Assembly (NCBI GenBank): GCA_963741955.1
Contig: CAVUKB010000007.1
Location: forward strand, 1,024,001 to 1,088,000
Length of the DNA stretch: 64,000 bases
Origin: an uncultured Acidobacteriota bacterium
GTDB lineage: Bacteria > Acidobacteriota > Thermoanaerobaculia > Gp7-AA8
Reading direction: 5' to 3'
A program made the translations under genes and the position numbers. The notes beneath the pieces were generated by a model. The model ran no database searches. It saw only the letters and a list, made by a program, of their open reading frames with translations, and was not told the origin of the DNA. Shown in pieces: positions 55,042 through 64,000 of this stretch. Every line of letters begins with the position of its first letter. The stretch's first letter is position 1.

Positions 55042-55899
55042 TCAGTCGTCGATGCTCGGCGTTCCGAACGGGAGACGCGGGAGGTACGTGCGTAGCGCCT
55101 CCATGACCTTCTCGACTGCGGTGTTGGAACCCGAGTCTTTGTGAATGTCCCGGAACCGATATCTGTCGCCCTTCACGACCTGAAAGTTGATCTGGTAACA
55201 GAAGTTCCCGGAGGACCGCGCCTCGCACGTGAACCAAACCTTCTGAAGGCCGGAGGTCTGGAACGTGAAGTTCTCGTTCGCGTTGCCCTTGTCCTCCCAG
55301 GTCAGCGTGTCACCCCGCAGGGCGAGGCTGCCCTCGCGGTTCTTTCTGAAGAATCTCCACAGACCCGTCTTCTTGACGAGCACGAGGTCGTTGAAGACCA
55401 TCTCGGATGGAGCAACAGCCAGCGCTGGAGGGGCTCCGGCATGGGTCGACATCAAGGCTGCGATCGTCGACTCCTGAGCACCATTCTGTTTGAGGTAGAG
55501 AAGGTCGTTGACCGAGAGGTTGTACCTCTGGCCCGACTGCCGGACCTGCTCCGCGATGTTGGAATCGGAGACTCCGGAGTTGATCAGGCGAACCAGCTCG
55601 ACGAGGCGGACATCATCAGGTCGCTGGGGCGTGGACTCCGTCGAGAGCGCGGGCATCCGGACCCAGATTGCGCTGATGACCGTCTCAGGCACGCCTGCGT
55701 CGCGCAACGTGACGATGTCTCTCGCCGTCATGGCGATGGTATTTGCCGGGCTATTGACTATGGCGATGATCCCGTTGACCGGTGCGCCGGCATGCTGAGC
55801 TGCCAGAATGGAGTTGACGGTCAACTCCTCCGCGCCAGCAATTGAGGCGAATGCCAGCAGAGCCGTGCCGACGAGAGCTCCAACTATCTTGTGTTTCAT
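55042..55899 (-). CDS. Secreted hypothetical protein with two short helical repeats and a beta-rich C-terminus
   Basis: ATG 55899 after AAGG; signal peptide; repeats DIVTLRDAGVPETVISA and DLLYLKQNGAQESTIAA. Confidence 0.8.
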   Translation of the reverse strand: MKHKIVGALVGTALLAFASIAGAEELTVNSILAAQHAGAPVNGIIAIVNSPANTIAMTARDIVTLRDAGVPETVISAIWVRMPALSTESTPQRPDDVRLVELVRLINSGVSDSNIAEQVRQSGQRYNLSVNDLLYLKQNGAQESTIAALMSTHAGAPPALAVAPSEMVFNDLVLVKKTGLWRFFRKNREGSLALRGDTLTWEDKGNANENFTFQTSGLQKVWFTCEARSSGNFCYQINFQVVKGDRYRFRDIHKDSGSNTAVEKVMEALRTYLPRLPFGTPSIDD

Positions 55900-55951
55900 C
55901 GAATACCGCCTTTCCTTATGACGACATTCTGAGTCTTTGGCCACGCTGCGA

Positions 55952-56186
55952 GAAGCGCACTTTCTACCCGGGCGTGCTTCGTCGGGGCGGGTAGAAACTA
56001 CCGCCGCCTCGTCCAGGCTACTCGCCGTTTTCGACACGACCGGAAACACTCATGGGGCCGTCCGCTTGGTCGTGGGAGACTCGTGGATGTTCGAACCTCG
56101 CCGAGCATCGGCGCGAGACCTGGATGCCGGCGACCGCGTAGTTGCTACCTAGTGCGGGCTCCGCTCTACGGTAGAAAGTGCGCTTC
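55952..56186. promoter_or_regulatory. Mirror-symmetric divergent control region with GTAG-N3-CTAC boxes
   Basis: Perfect 17-bp inverted repeat at 55952-55968 and 56170-56186 (GGTAGAAAGTGCGCTTC). On each strand it is preceded, 21-22 nt upstream, by GTAGTT(T/G)CTAC (55991-56001 and 56138-56148). Confidence 0.6.
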
Positions 56187-56562
56187 CGTCGGGAGGGCCA
56201 TGAGATTAGGCTCGACTCGTGGCTCTGAAGGCGCAGTTCTCGCCAGCACGGGCAGCCGTCGCGGATGAAGGATTCCCCATCGTGGCTGCATCGCGTCGAG
56301 CACCGCGAATGTGAGGGCCTTATGAGACACCACACTGGAACTGTCGCTCTCCATTCGCCGGGTTGATACGGGACACACGATGCTCGTGGTTGATCTCGCC
56401 CTCCTGGTGATCGCGACGGCCGGATCAGTGATCGGGATCGATGCCTTCGAGTCCCGTTCTGGAGCCGGCGAGGCGAGGCACGATTTCTTTGGCCACGAGA
56501 GGACTTTGCCGTTGAGACGGTGAGCCCGAATAGTCCGGGTCAGGCCACGCGGGAGGTGATCT

Positions 56563-59500
56563 CTGTTTGGACGGCGAAGCCGCGAAAGAACCTTGCCTCT
56601 CGGGGGCGAGCTCCTGAGCCCCGAGGGTCTCGAGGAACGGGCGAAGACGCTCGCGGCAACTTTCATTCTGGCGCCCGCATCACGCCGGGTCCGGCACGAC
56701 GTTCTGCCACGGCTGGAAGAAAATATCCGCGCCCTGAGGGCGGCGTACCGCTCGCTTGCCGACGACGTCCACCTGGGCGTCGCGATACCTCCTGCTGCGG
56801 AGTGGCTTCTCGACAACTTTCACCTCATCGAAGCGGAGACGGTCGCGGTCCGGCACGATCTCCCCATCCGGTACTATCGGATGCTACCGAAGCTCGCGGC
56901 GCGCGAGCTCGCGGGCCTCGCGCGCATTCACGCGATGGCACTCGAGCTGATCCGGCACGGCGACGGACGGCTGGACCTCGAACGGCTCACGCGGTTCGTC
57001 ACCGCCTTTCAGACCGTGGCGCCGCTGACCATGGGCGAGCTGTGGGCCTGGCCGAGCATGCTCAAGCTGGCGCTGATCGAGAACCTGAGACTTCTGACGG
57101 ACGGATTCGTCGAAGGCCGTGCGGCACGCCTGGCGGCCGACGATGCTCTCTCCCGGATGGAAAAGGATGATCTTCCCGTTTCCCTTCCCGATCCGCTCCC
57201 GGATGCATTCGTCGCGCGCCTGCGGCAGCGGATGCGTGAATACGATCCCCGAGTATCTCCTCTCGTCGCGGCAGTGGACGTGGCACTTGCCGCGCGAGGA
57301 ACGACGCCCGAAGACGCGGTTCGCCGCGAGAACCAGCGCCACGCCACGGACCAGGTCTCCACCAGCAATGTGGTGACGAGCCTGAGATCGTGTGCGACGC
57401 TCGACTGGAGCCGCTTCGTGGAGCTGGTCAGCCCGGTCGAGGAGATCCTGAGGCGGGACCCGGCCGGCGTCTATCCGCGAATGGACTTTCAGAGCCGCGA
57501 TCGTTACCGGCACGCCGTGGAAGAACTCGCCGGCCGGACTGGCGAGGCGCAGGTGCGCGTCGCAGTACGGGCCGTCGAAGTCGCCCGGCTGGCGGCGGAG
57601 CAGAAGGGAATCGACGAGAAGGCGTCACACGTCGGCTACTATCTGACCGGCCCGGGCCGGCGCGGCTTCGAGGCCGACGTCGCATACCGCCCGACCGTCG
57701 GCGCACGACTCCGCCGCTTTGCTTTCGCTCATACGACTGCGGGTTACTTCGGCGCCATCGCTCTGGTGACCGGCCTTTGCGTGCTCGCCGCGTACGCGTA
57801 CGGGCGCGCATCGGGATTGGCGACGGCTGCGGCACTCCTCGCACTGATTCCAGCGAGCGAGCTCGCCGTACTCATCGTCCAGCGCATCGTGGCCGCACTC
57901 GTGCCGCCCCGCCGGCTTCCGCGTCTCGATTTCAGCGAAGGCATACCCGATTCCGCGCGGACCATAGTTGTGGTGCCTGTGCTTCTCGGCAGCGTCGAAG
58001 AGGTCGAACAGATCCTCTCGCACCTCGAGGTGCAGGCGCTCGGAAACATCGATCCACGGATTCACTTCGGGATACTCAGTGATCTAAAGGACGCGGCGAC
58101 GCTTTCGGTTTCCGGCGACGACGAAATCCTGGCTGCGGCGGTCAGCGGTATCGAGGCGCTCAATCGACGGCACGTCCCCAACGGAAACGACCGCTTCTAT
58201 CTGTTCCACCGCGATCGCGAATGGAACGCGAAACAGAACGTCTTCATGGGACGAGAGCGCAAGCGGGGAAAGCTCGAGTTGCTCAACCGGCTGTTGCGCT
58301 CCTCTTCCGACACCGGATTTTCCGTGAGGGTCGGCGACCTTTCGATTCTTCCGTCGGTGCGCTACGTCATCACGCTGGACGCCGATACGCGACTCCCGAG
58401 GGAGGCCGCAAGAGTCCTGATCGGAATCGCCGCGCACCCTCTCAACCGGCCCGTAGTCGACCCGGTCCTCCGAAGGGTCACGGAAGGCTATGGGATCCTC
58501 CAGCCGCGCGTGAGCGTCAACCTTGCGAGCGCCGGCAGATCGCTTTTCGCGCGTGTCTACTCGGGCCACACCGGCGTCGATCCATATACGACCGCCGTTT
58601 CCGACACCTACCAGGATCTGTTCGGAGAAGGGAGCTTCACCGGCAAGGGACTGTATGACGTCGACGCTTTTCATGAGACGGTCGACTGGCGCGTTCCCGA
58701 CGACGCGCTGCTGTCGCACGATCTGTTCGAGGGGCTCCATGCGCGTACGGCGCTCGTTTCCGACGTCGAGGTCGTGGACGATTACCCGGCCAACGTCCTC
58801 GCGCATGCGCGAAGACAACACCGGTGGGTGCGAGGCGACTGGCAGATTCTCGCCTGGCTGTTCCGGCTGGTCCCGACGGCAGGCGGTCTCGCGAAGAATC
58901 GCCTTCCGTTCATCAGCCAGTGGAAAATCATCGACAATCTTCGCCGCAGTCTCGTGGCGCCTTCGCTCCTCGCGTTCTTCGCGGCCGCATGGACGTTTCT
59001 ACCGGGGCGTCCGATCGTATGGACCCTCGGAGGGCTCACAGTCGTCGCGTTTCCGTTCATTGCCTCTGTTTTCCAGCTCCTCGAGCGGCGTCCCGCGCAC
59101 GAACCGGTTCGCGTCCATCTCCGTGGCGTCGTCGAGGATCTCACTACCGCGTTCGCACAGGCGCTTCTGTCGGTGGTCTTCCTCGCATTCCGTGCATGGA
59201 ACGAAGTGAATGCGATCGTCCTGACGCTCGTCCGGCTCGCCGTCACGCATCGCCATCTCCTCGAGTGGGAGACGGCCGCCTCGCAGGGCGCACGGACGGC
59301 GGGTCTTCTTCGAGAGGGAATCCGATCGTTTTTCATGGAGATGGTCACGAGCCCGATCACAGCCGTCGCGCTGCTCGCCGTCGCGAGCGTCGTTCGTCCC
59401 GGCGCGCTTTCGGTGGCGTTGCCATTTATCGTCTTGTGGGCGGTGGCGCCCGCGTGCGCGTATTACCTGAGCCGGTCGGTCGTGCCACGCGGCCGGGAGT

Positions 59501-62500
59501 TGTCGCTCGAGGACAGCGAGCTCCTCACCGAGGTGGCGAAGAAGACGTGGCAATACTTCGAGATCTTTGCCGGCCCCGATGATCACTGGCTCCCTCCCGA
59601 CAATTTTCAGGAGGAGCGAGAGCCCGCGGTCGCCCACCGGACCTCACCGACCAACATCGGTCTCGGTCTCCTTTCGATCCTCGCGGCCCACGACCTCGGC
59701 CTGATCCCGGCGGATGCAATGGTGGAGAGACTCGACCGGACGCTGACCACGGTCGAATCGCTCGAGCGCCACGAGGGACATCTTCTGAACTGGTACGACA
59801 CCCTGAACCTCTCGCCGCTTCTGCCGCGCTACGTGTCGACGGTCGACAGCGGGAACCTCGCGGGGGCGCTCGTCGCACTGGCGGAAGGGTGCCGGCAACT
59901 GGCTGCGCTGGAACCGGATCTCGCACCACGGCTTTTCGACCTGGCCAATCGCGCGTCGGCTCTTGCGGACGGAATGGACTTCACGCTCCTCTACGACCGG
60001 AGGCGTCAGCTCTTCTCGATCGGGTATCGAATGGCGGATGCCGGCGGACCGGGACGAGCGGACGGTTCCTACTACGACCTCCTCGCTTCGGAGGCGCGCC
60101 TCGCGAGTTTCTTCGCCATTGCCAAGGGCGACGTCCCGCAAGGTCACTGGTTTCATCTGGGCCGGCTCGTCGTCAGTGTCGACGGGGTCCCCACCCTCGT
60201 CTCATGGAGTGCATCGATGTTCGAGTACCTGATGCCGCTCCTCCTGATGAAGACTTATCCCGCGACGCTCCTCGATCAGAGCTGCCGAATGGTCGTAAGA
60301 AAACAGATCCGGTACGGTCGGCATCGGCACGTTCCGTGGGGAGTCTCCGAGTCCGCATACGATGTGGTCGACGTGGCGGGCAATTACCAATACAAGGCCT
60401 TCGGCGTGCCGGGCCTCGGGTTGAAGCGAGAGCTCGCCGCGGAGCTGGTCGTCGCTCCTTACGCAACGGCACTGGCGGCTCTCCTCGACCCGGCCGAAGC
60501 CGCACGCAACCTTCGACATCTGACGCACGAAAAGGCCGCGGGACCGTTCGGATTTTATGACGCCATCGACTACACGACGCGGAAGCCGGACGAGCACGGC
60601 AACTCGGCATCCACTCACGCCGGTCCCGGCGTCGTAGTGAAAACGTTGATGGCCCACCACCAGGGGATGACTCTGATCGCGATCGCCAACGTTCTCCGGA
60701 GTGACGTGATGGTGGAGCGGTTCCATGCGGACCCGCGGATTCAGGCCACCGAGCTCCTGCTGCAGGAACGAGTTCCACGCGAAGCGCCCGTCGTCTCCGC
60801 CGTGCATCCGGCCGAGGAGACCCGAACCGAACAGACGTCGCCGGTTCGCGCTCCACGCCGCGTCCGTTCTCCTCACACTCCGTACCCGCGTGCGCAGCTC
60901 CTCTCGAACGGCAGCTACGTCGCCATCGTCACGAACGGGGGCGGCGGATCGAGCTTCTGCCGCGACCGCGCCGTGACGCGTTGGCGAGAAGACCGCACTC
61001 GCGATCCCGGAAGCCAGTTCATTTATCTGCGAGATGTGCACACTGGTGCTGTCTGGTCCGCGACTTATCAGCCTACGCGCAGAGAGCCCGACAGCTACCT
61101 GGTGGAGTTCTTCTCCGAGAAGGCAACGTTCGAGCGGCGCGACTACGAGATCGCGACGCGTCTCGAGGTCGCCGTCTCGCCGGGGGACGACGCCGAGGTG
61201 CGACGAATCTCGGTGACGAATCAGAGCGGCCGGCCCCGTGAGCTCGAGTTGACCAGCTACGTCGAGATCGGACTCGACTCTCTCGCCGCGGATGTCGCAA
61301 ATCCCGCGTTCGGGAAACTCTTCATCGAAACGGAGTGGATCGCGGACAACACGGCACTCCTGGCGCGGCGCCGGCCTCGTGGCCAGCACGACACGGGGGC
61401 GGTCGGGTTTCACGTTCTCTCCATTCACGGACCAACGCAGGCCCAGGTCGAGTGGGAGACGGACCGAATGCGCTTTCTCGGGCGCGGACGCGGTCCGGAC
61501 GATCCTCTGGCGATGGACGGTCGCGCTCTCTCGGGGACGACCGGTGCGGTCCTCGATCCGATCCTGAGCCTGCGGACCCGGCTTCGTCTCGCGCCTGGCG
61601 GATTCGCGCGCGTCTCGTTCACGACGGGTCTCGCCGTCGACGAGCCGGCCGCACGTGCCTGTGTACGGAAGTATCACGATCACGGTGTCACCAATCGCGC
61701 GTTCGCCCTTGCGTTCACTCAGGCGCAGATGTCGATGCGCCATCTCGGTGTCTCCATCGAGCAGGTCCAGATCTTCGAAGAGCTCGGATCCCGGATCTTC
61801 TTCTCGGACGCTTCGCTCCGAGCCGACGGGGAGACTCTTCGAAAGAACTCGCTCGGGCAGGACGGCCTCTGGAGACATGGGATCTCGGGCGATCTCCCGA
61901 TCGTCCTGGTCCGGGTGCAGAAACCGCGAGACCTGGAGCTCGTTCGACAGGTTCTCACTGCCCACGAGCACTGGCGGCTGAAGGGGCTGAGCGCGGAGGT
62001 CGTGATCCTGAACGAGCACGCGGCGAGCTATCGCGAAGAGACGAACGAGGCGCTCACTCAGCTCATCGACGGCGGTCCGTGGAATGCGTGGAAAGGAAAG
62101 CCCGGCGGCGTGTTTCTCCTGCAGTCCGAGACGATGACCGACGCCGAGACGATCCTGCTGAGCGTCGTGGCCAGGGCGGTTCTCTCCGGCGAGCTCGGTA
62201 CCCTGGGACAGCAACTCGATCACCCGGAGCCGGATCCTCCGCTCCCGTTGAACCGTGTGCCGGTCGACGAGATCCCGGCTGCCGCGCTTCCGGAGGCCGC
62301 TCCGTCACCGCCACCCCTTTTCCTCGAGAACGGTCTCGGCGGATTCGCTCGCGATGGCCGCGAGTACGTCGTCGTCCTCGAGGGCGAACGGGAGACGCCA
62401 CTTCCGTGGATCAACATACTCGCGAATCCGCGCTTCGGGAGCATCGTCACGACTTCCGGGGCGTCCCACACGTGGTCCGAGAACAGTCGCGAGAACCGTC

Positions 62501-64000
62501 TCACGCCGTTCGCGAACGATTCGGTCACCGATCCGACCGCCGAGGCGATCTTCGTCCGAGACGAAGAGAGCGGCAGCGTCTGGGGCGGCACGCCCGCGCC
62601 GATCAAGCGCACGCGACGTTCTCCGCGATGGGTGGTGCGTCACGGGGCAGGCGTGACGCGGTTCTCCCGAGCTGCGCACGGCATCGCACAGGAGCTCGCG
62701 ATCTTCGTGGCGCAGAACGAATCGGCGAAGTTGTCCATGTTGACTTTGACGAATCGTTCCGACCGGCCGCGGCGGCTCACCCTCTTCGCATACAACGAAT
62801 GGCTGCTCGGTCCACCGATCGCGGGTGGCTCCAGATTCGTGGCGACTGAACTCGACGGCGAGACAGGCGCGGTCCTGGCGCGCAACCTGTACAGTCGGGA
62901 GCGGGAACGCGTCGCGTTCGCCGCCACGAGTGAACCGCTCGTTTCCGCCACTGGAGACCGTCTCGAGTTTCTCGGCCGAAATGGATCGCTTTCGCGCGCG
63001 GCCGCATTCGACCGCCCGCTGCTCGCGAAGCGGTTTGGCGCCGGACTCGATCCGTGTGCGGCCCTGCAGACAGTCGTGAACCTCGCGCCAGGCGCAACGC
63101 GACGGGTCGTGTTCCTCCTCGGAGAGGGAAAAGACGTCGCGGAGGCGCGCCAGCTCGTGCGGCGGTTTGCCGATCCGGACGCAGCCGCCGCCGAGCTCGC
63201 CCGTGTCGAAACATTCTGGGAGGAGACACTGGGCGCCGTGCGCGTCACAACCCCGGACGACTCCTTCGATTTCCTGATGAACAGATGGCTGCTCTACCAG
63301 GACCTCGTGTGCCGCGTCTGGGCGCGCTCCGGCTACTACCAGGCGAGCGGCGCCTACGGCTTCCGCGACCAGATCCAGGATGTACTCGCGCTTATGTTCA
63401 CGCGGCCGGATCTGACGCGTGAGCACCTCTCGAGAGCGGCGGCGCGCCAGTTCGTCGAGGGAGACGTCCAGCACTGGTGGAACGTGCCGGGAGGGGAGGG
63501 CATCCGCACGCGTTGCTCGGACGACCTTCTGTGGCTTCCCTACGCGGTCGCAGAGTACGTCGAGTCGACCGGTGATCGCACGCTGCTCGATGAGAGGGTG
63601 GCATTTCTGGAGGCGCCTCCTGTCCCGCCAGGGGAGCCCGAGGCATATGGAATCCCGGACATCTCCGACCAGACGGGGACGATACTGGAGCACTGCACCA
63701 GGGCAGTGGATCGGGCGATCACGGTGGGTGCGCACGGCCTACCGCTCATCGGGAGCTGCGACTGGAACGATGGCCTCAACAACGTCGGCCCCGAAGGTCG
63801 GGGGGAGAGCATCTTCAACGGCTGGTTCCTCTGCACCGTCATGGCAGCGTTGGCACCCCTCTGTGAGGAACGGGGTGATGCGCCGAGAGCAGCGCGCTAC
63901 CGTGCGGAGCGCGAGCGTCTGGCAATCATGCTCGAGCAAAGCTGGGATGGCGAATGGTACAGGCGCGCGTACTTCGACGACGGCACACCACTCGGGTCGA
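56563..64000 (+). CDS. ndvB: Cyclic beta-1,2-glucan synthase (GT84 + glucoamylase-like + GH94 domains), 3' end outside window
   Basis: One frame read by hand at spot-checked points: [79 protein letters not shown] and [13 protein letters not shown]. Absent from the ORF track because no stop occurs in the window. Start uncertain (CTG 56563 after GGAGG, or TTG 56593). Confidence 0.93.
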   Translation, partial: MFGRRSRERTLPLGGELLSPEGLEERAKTLAATFILAPASRRVRHDVLPRLEENIRALRAAYRSLADDVHLGVAIPPAAEWLLDNFHLIEAETVAVRHDLPIRYYRMLPKLAARELAGLARIHAMALELIRHGDGRLDLERLTRFVTAFQTVAPLTMGELWAWPSMLKLALIENLRLLTDGFVEGRAARLAADDALSRMEKDDLPVSLPDPLPDAFVARLRQRMREYDPRVSPLVAAVDVALAARGTTPEDAVRRENQRHATDQVSTSNVVTSLRSCATLDWSRFVELVSPVEEILRRDPAGVYPRMDFQSRDRYRHAVEELAGRTGEAQVRVAVRAVEVARLAAEQKGIDEKASHVGYYLTGPGRRGFEADVAYRPTVGARLRRFAFAHTTAGYFGAIALVTGLCVLAAYAYGRASGLATAAALLALIPASELAVLIVQRIVAALVPPRRLPRLDFSEGIPDSARTIVVVPVLLGSVEEVEQILSHLEVQALGNIDPRIHFGILSDLKDAATLSVSGDDEILAAAVSGIEALNRRHVPNGNDRFYLFHRDREWNAKQNVFMGRERKRGKLELLNRLLRSSSDTGFSVRVGDLSILPSVRYVITLDADTRLPREAARVLIGIAAHPLNRPVVDPVLRRVTEGYGILQPRVSVNLASAGRSLFARVYSGHTGVDPYTTAVSDTYQDLFGEGSFTGKGLYDVDAFHETVDWRVPDDALLSHDLFEGLHARTALVSDVEVVDDYPANVLAHARRQHRWVRGDWQILAWLFRLVPTAGGLAKNRLPFISQWKIIDNLRRSLVAPSLLAFFAAAWTFLPGRPIVWTLGGLTVVAFPFIASVFQLLERRPAHEPVRVHLRGVVEDLTTAFAQALLSVVFLAFRAWNEVNAIVLTLVRLAVTHRHLLEWETAASQGARTAGLLREGIRSFFMEMVTSPITAVALLAVASVVRPGALSVALPFIVLWAVAPACAYYLSRSVVPRGRELSLEDSELLTEVAKKTWQYFEIFAGPDDHWLPPDNFQEEREPAVAHRTSPTNIGLGLLSILAAHDLGLIPADAMVERLDRTLTTVESLERHEGHLLNWYDTLNLSPLLPRYVSTVDSGNLAGALVALAEGCRQLAALEPDLAPRLFDLANRASALADGMDFTLLYDRRRQLFSIGYRMADAGGPGRADGSYYDLLASEARLASFFAIAKGDVPQGHWFHLGRLVVSVDGVPTLVSWSASMFEYLMPLLLMKTYPATLLDQSCRMVVRKQIRYGRHRHVPWGVSESAYDVVDVAGNYQYKAFGVPGLGLKRELAAELVVAPYATALAALLDPAEAARNLRHLTHEKAAGPFGFYDAIDYTTRKPDEHGNSASTHAGPGVVVKTLMAHHQGMTLIAIANVLRSDVMVERFHADPRIQATELLLQERVPREAPVVSAVHPAEETRTEQTSPVRAPRRVRSPHTPYPRAQLLSNGSYVAIVTNGGGGSSFCRDRAVTRWREDRTRDPGSQFIYLRDVHTGAVWSATYQPTRREPDSYLVEFFSEKATFERRDYEIATRLEVAVSPGDDAEVRRISVTNQSGRPRELELTSYVEIGLDSLAADVANPAFGKLFIETEWIADNTALLARRRPRGQHDTGAVGFHVLSIHGPTQAQVEWETDRMRFLGRGRGPDDPLAMDGRALSGTTGAVLDPILSLRTRLRLAPGGFARVSFTTGLAVDEPAARACVRKYHDHGVTNRAFALAFTQAQMSMRHLGVSIEQVQIFEELGSRIFFSDASLRADGETLRKNSLGQDGLWRHGISGDLPIVLVRVQKPRDLELVRQVLTAHEHWRLKGLSAEVVILNEHAASYREETNEALTQLIDGGPWNAWKGKPGGVFLLQSETMTDAETILLSVVARAVLSGELGTLGQQLDHPEPDPPLPLNRVPVDEIPAAALPEAAPSPPPLFLENGLGGFARDGREYVVVLEGERETPLPWINILANPRFGSIVTTSGASHTWSENSRENRLTPFANDSVTDPTAEAIFVRDEESGSVWGGTPAPIKRTRRSPRWVVRHGAGVTRFSRAAHGIAQELAIFVAQNESAKLSMLTLTNRSDRPRRLTLFAYNEWLLGPPIAGGSRFVATELDGETGAVLARNLYSRERERVAFAATSEPLVSATGDRLEFLGRNGSLSRAAAFDRPLLAKRFGAGLDPCAALQTVVNLAPGATRRVVFLLGEGKDVAEARQLVRRFADPDAAAAELARVETFWEETLGAVRVTTPDDSFDFLMNRWLLYQDLVCRVWARSGYYQASGAYGFRDQIQDVLALMFTRPDLTREHLSRAAARQFVEGDVQHWWNVPGGEGIRTRCSDDLLWLPYAVAEYVESTGDRTLLDERVAFLEAPPVPPGEPEAYGIPDISDQTGTILEHCTRAVDRAITVGAHGLPLIGSCDWNDGLNNVGPEGRGESIFNGWFLCTVMAALAPLCEERGDAPRAARYRAERERLAIMLEQSWDGEWYRRAYFDDGTPLGS

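Noticed and set aside
56520-63939. Numerous ORF-track entries (for example 673 aa -, 504 aa +, 476 aa -)
   Set aside because: All are off-frame or antisense shadows of the single ndvB frame that runs off the window.

Overview
GC-rich bacterial DNA. Gene content (signal-peptide AtpE, split atp operon, giant PKD surface proteins) suggests an Acidobacteriota, possibly Thermoanaerobaculia; this is inference. There are four blocks. (1) 1-24 kb, bioenergetics: two different membrane pyrophosphatases in tandem, two OmpA paralogues with sigma54-like promoters, a MidA/NDUFAF7-like methyltransferase directly upstream of an 11-gene nuoABCDHIJKLMN operon (no nuoEFG; NuoB carries an extra C-terminal 4-Cys Fe-S domain), a 2.7-kb REP-like tandem array, and the Fo genes atpZ/I/B/E. 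(2) 24-46 kb, cell surface: an XRE-TPR-secreted protein operon back-to-back with wzm, followed by an FG-GAP protein, a candidate major surface/S-layer protein, a 1737-aa PKD protein, wzt, and a PKD paralogue broken by two ISL3 copies. (3) A second REP-like array at 46.2-47.6 kb. (4) 47.6-64 kb, putative stress island: a DUF3494 ice-binding/IPTL-CTERM protein, a third ISL3 copy, a PAS/GAF kinase with a NarL-type regulator, a GlsB/YeaQ protein, and a cyclic beta-1,2-glucan synthase that runs off the window and is absent from the ORF track. A GTAG-N3-CTAC box recurs in this island. No rRNA, tRNA or CRISPR array was found.
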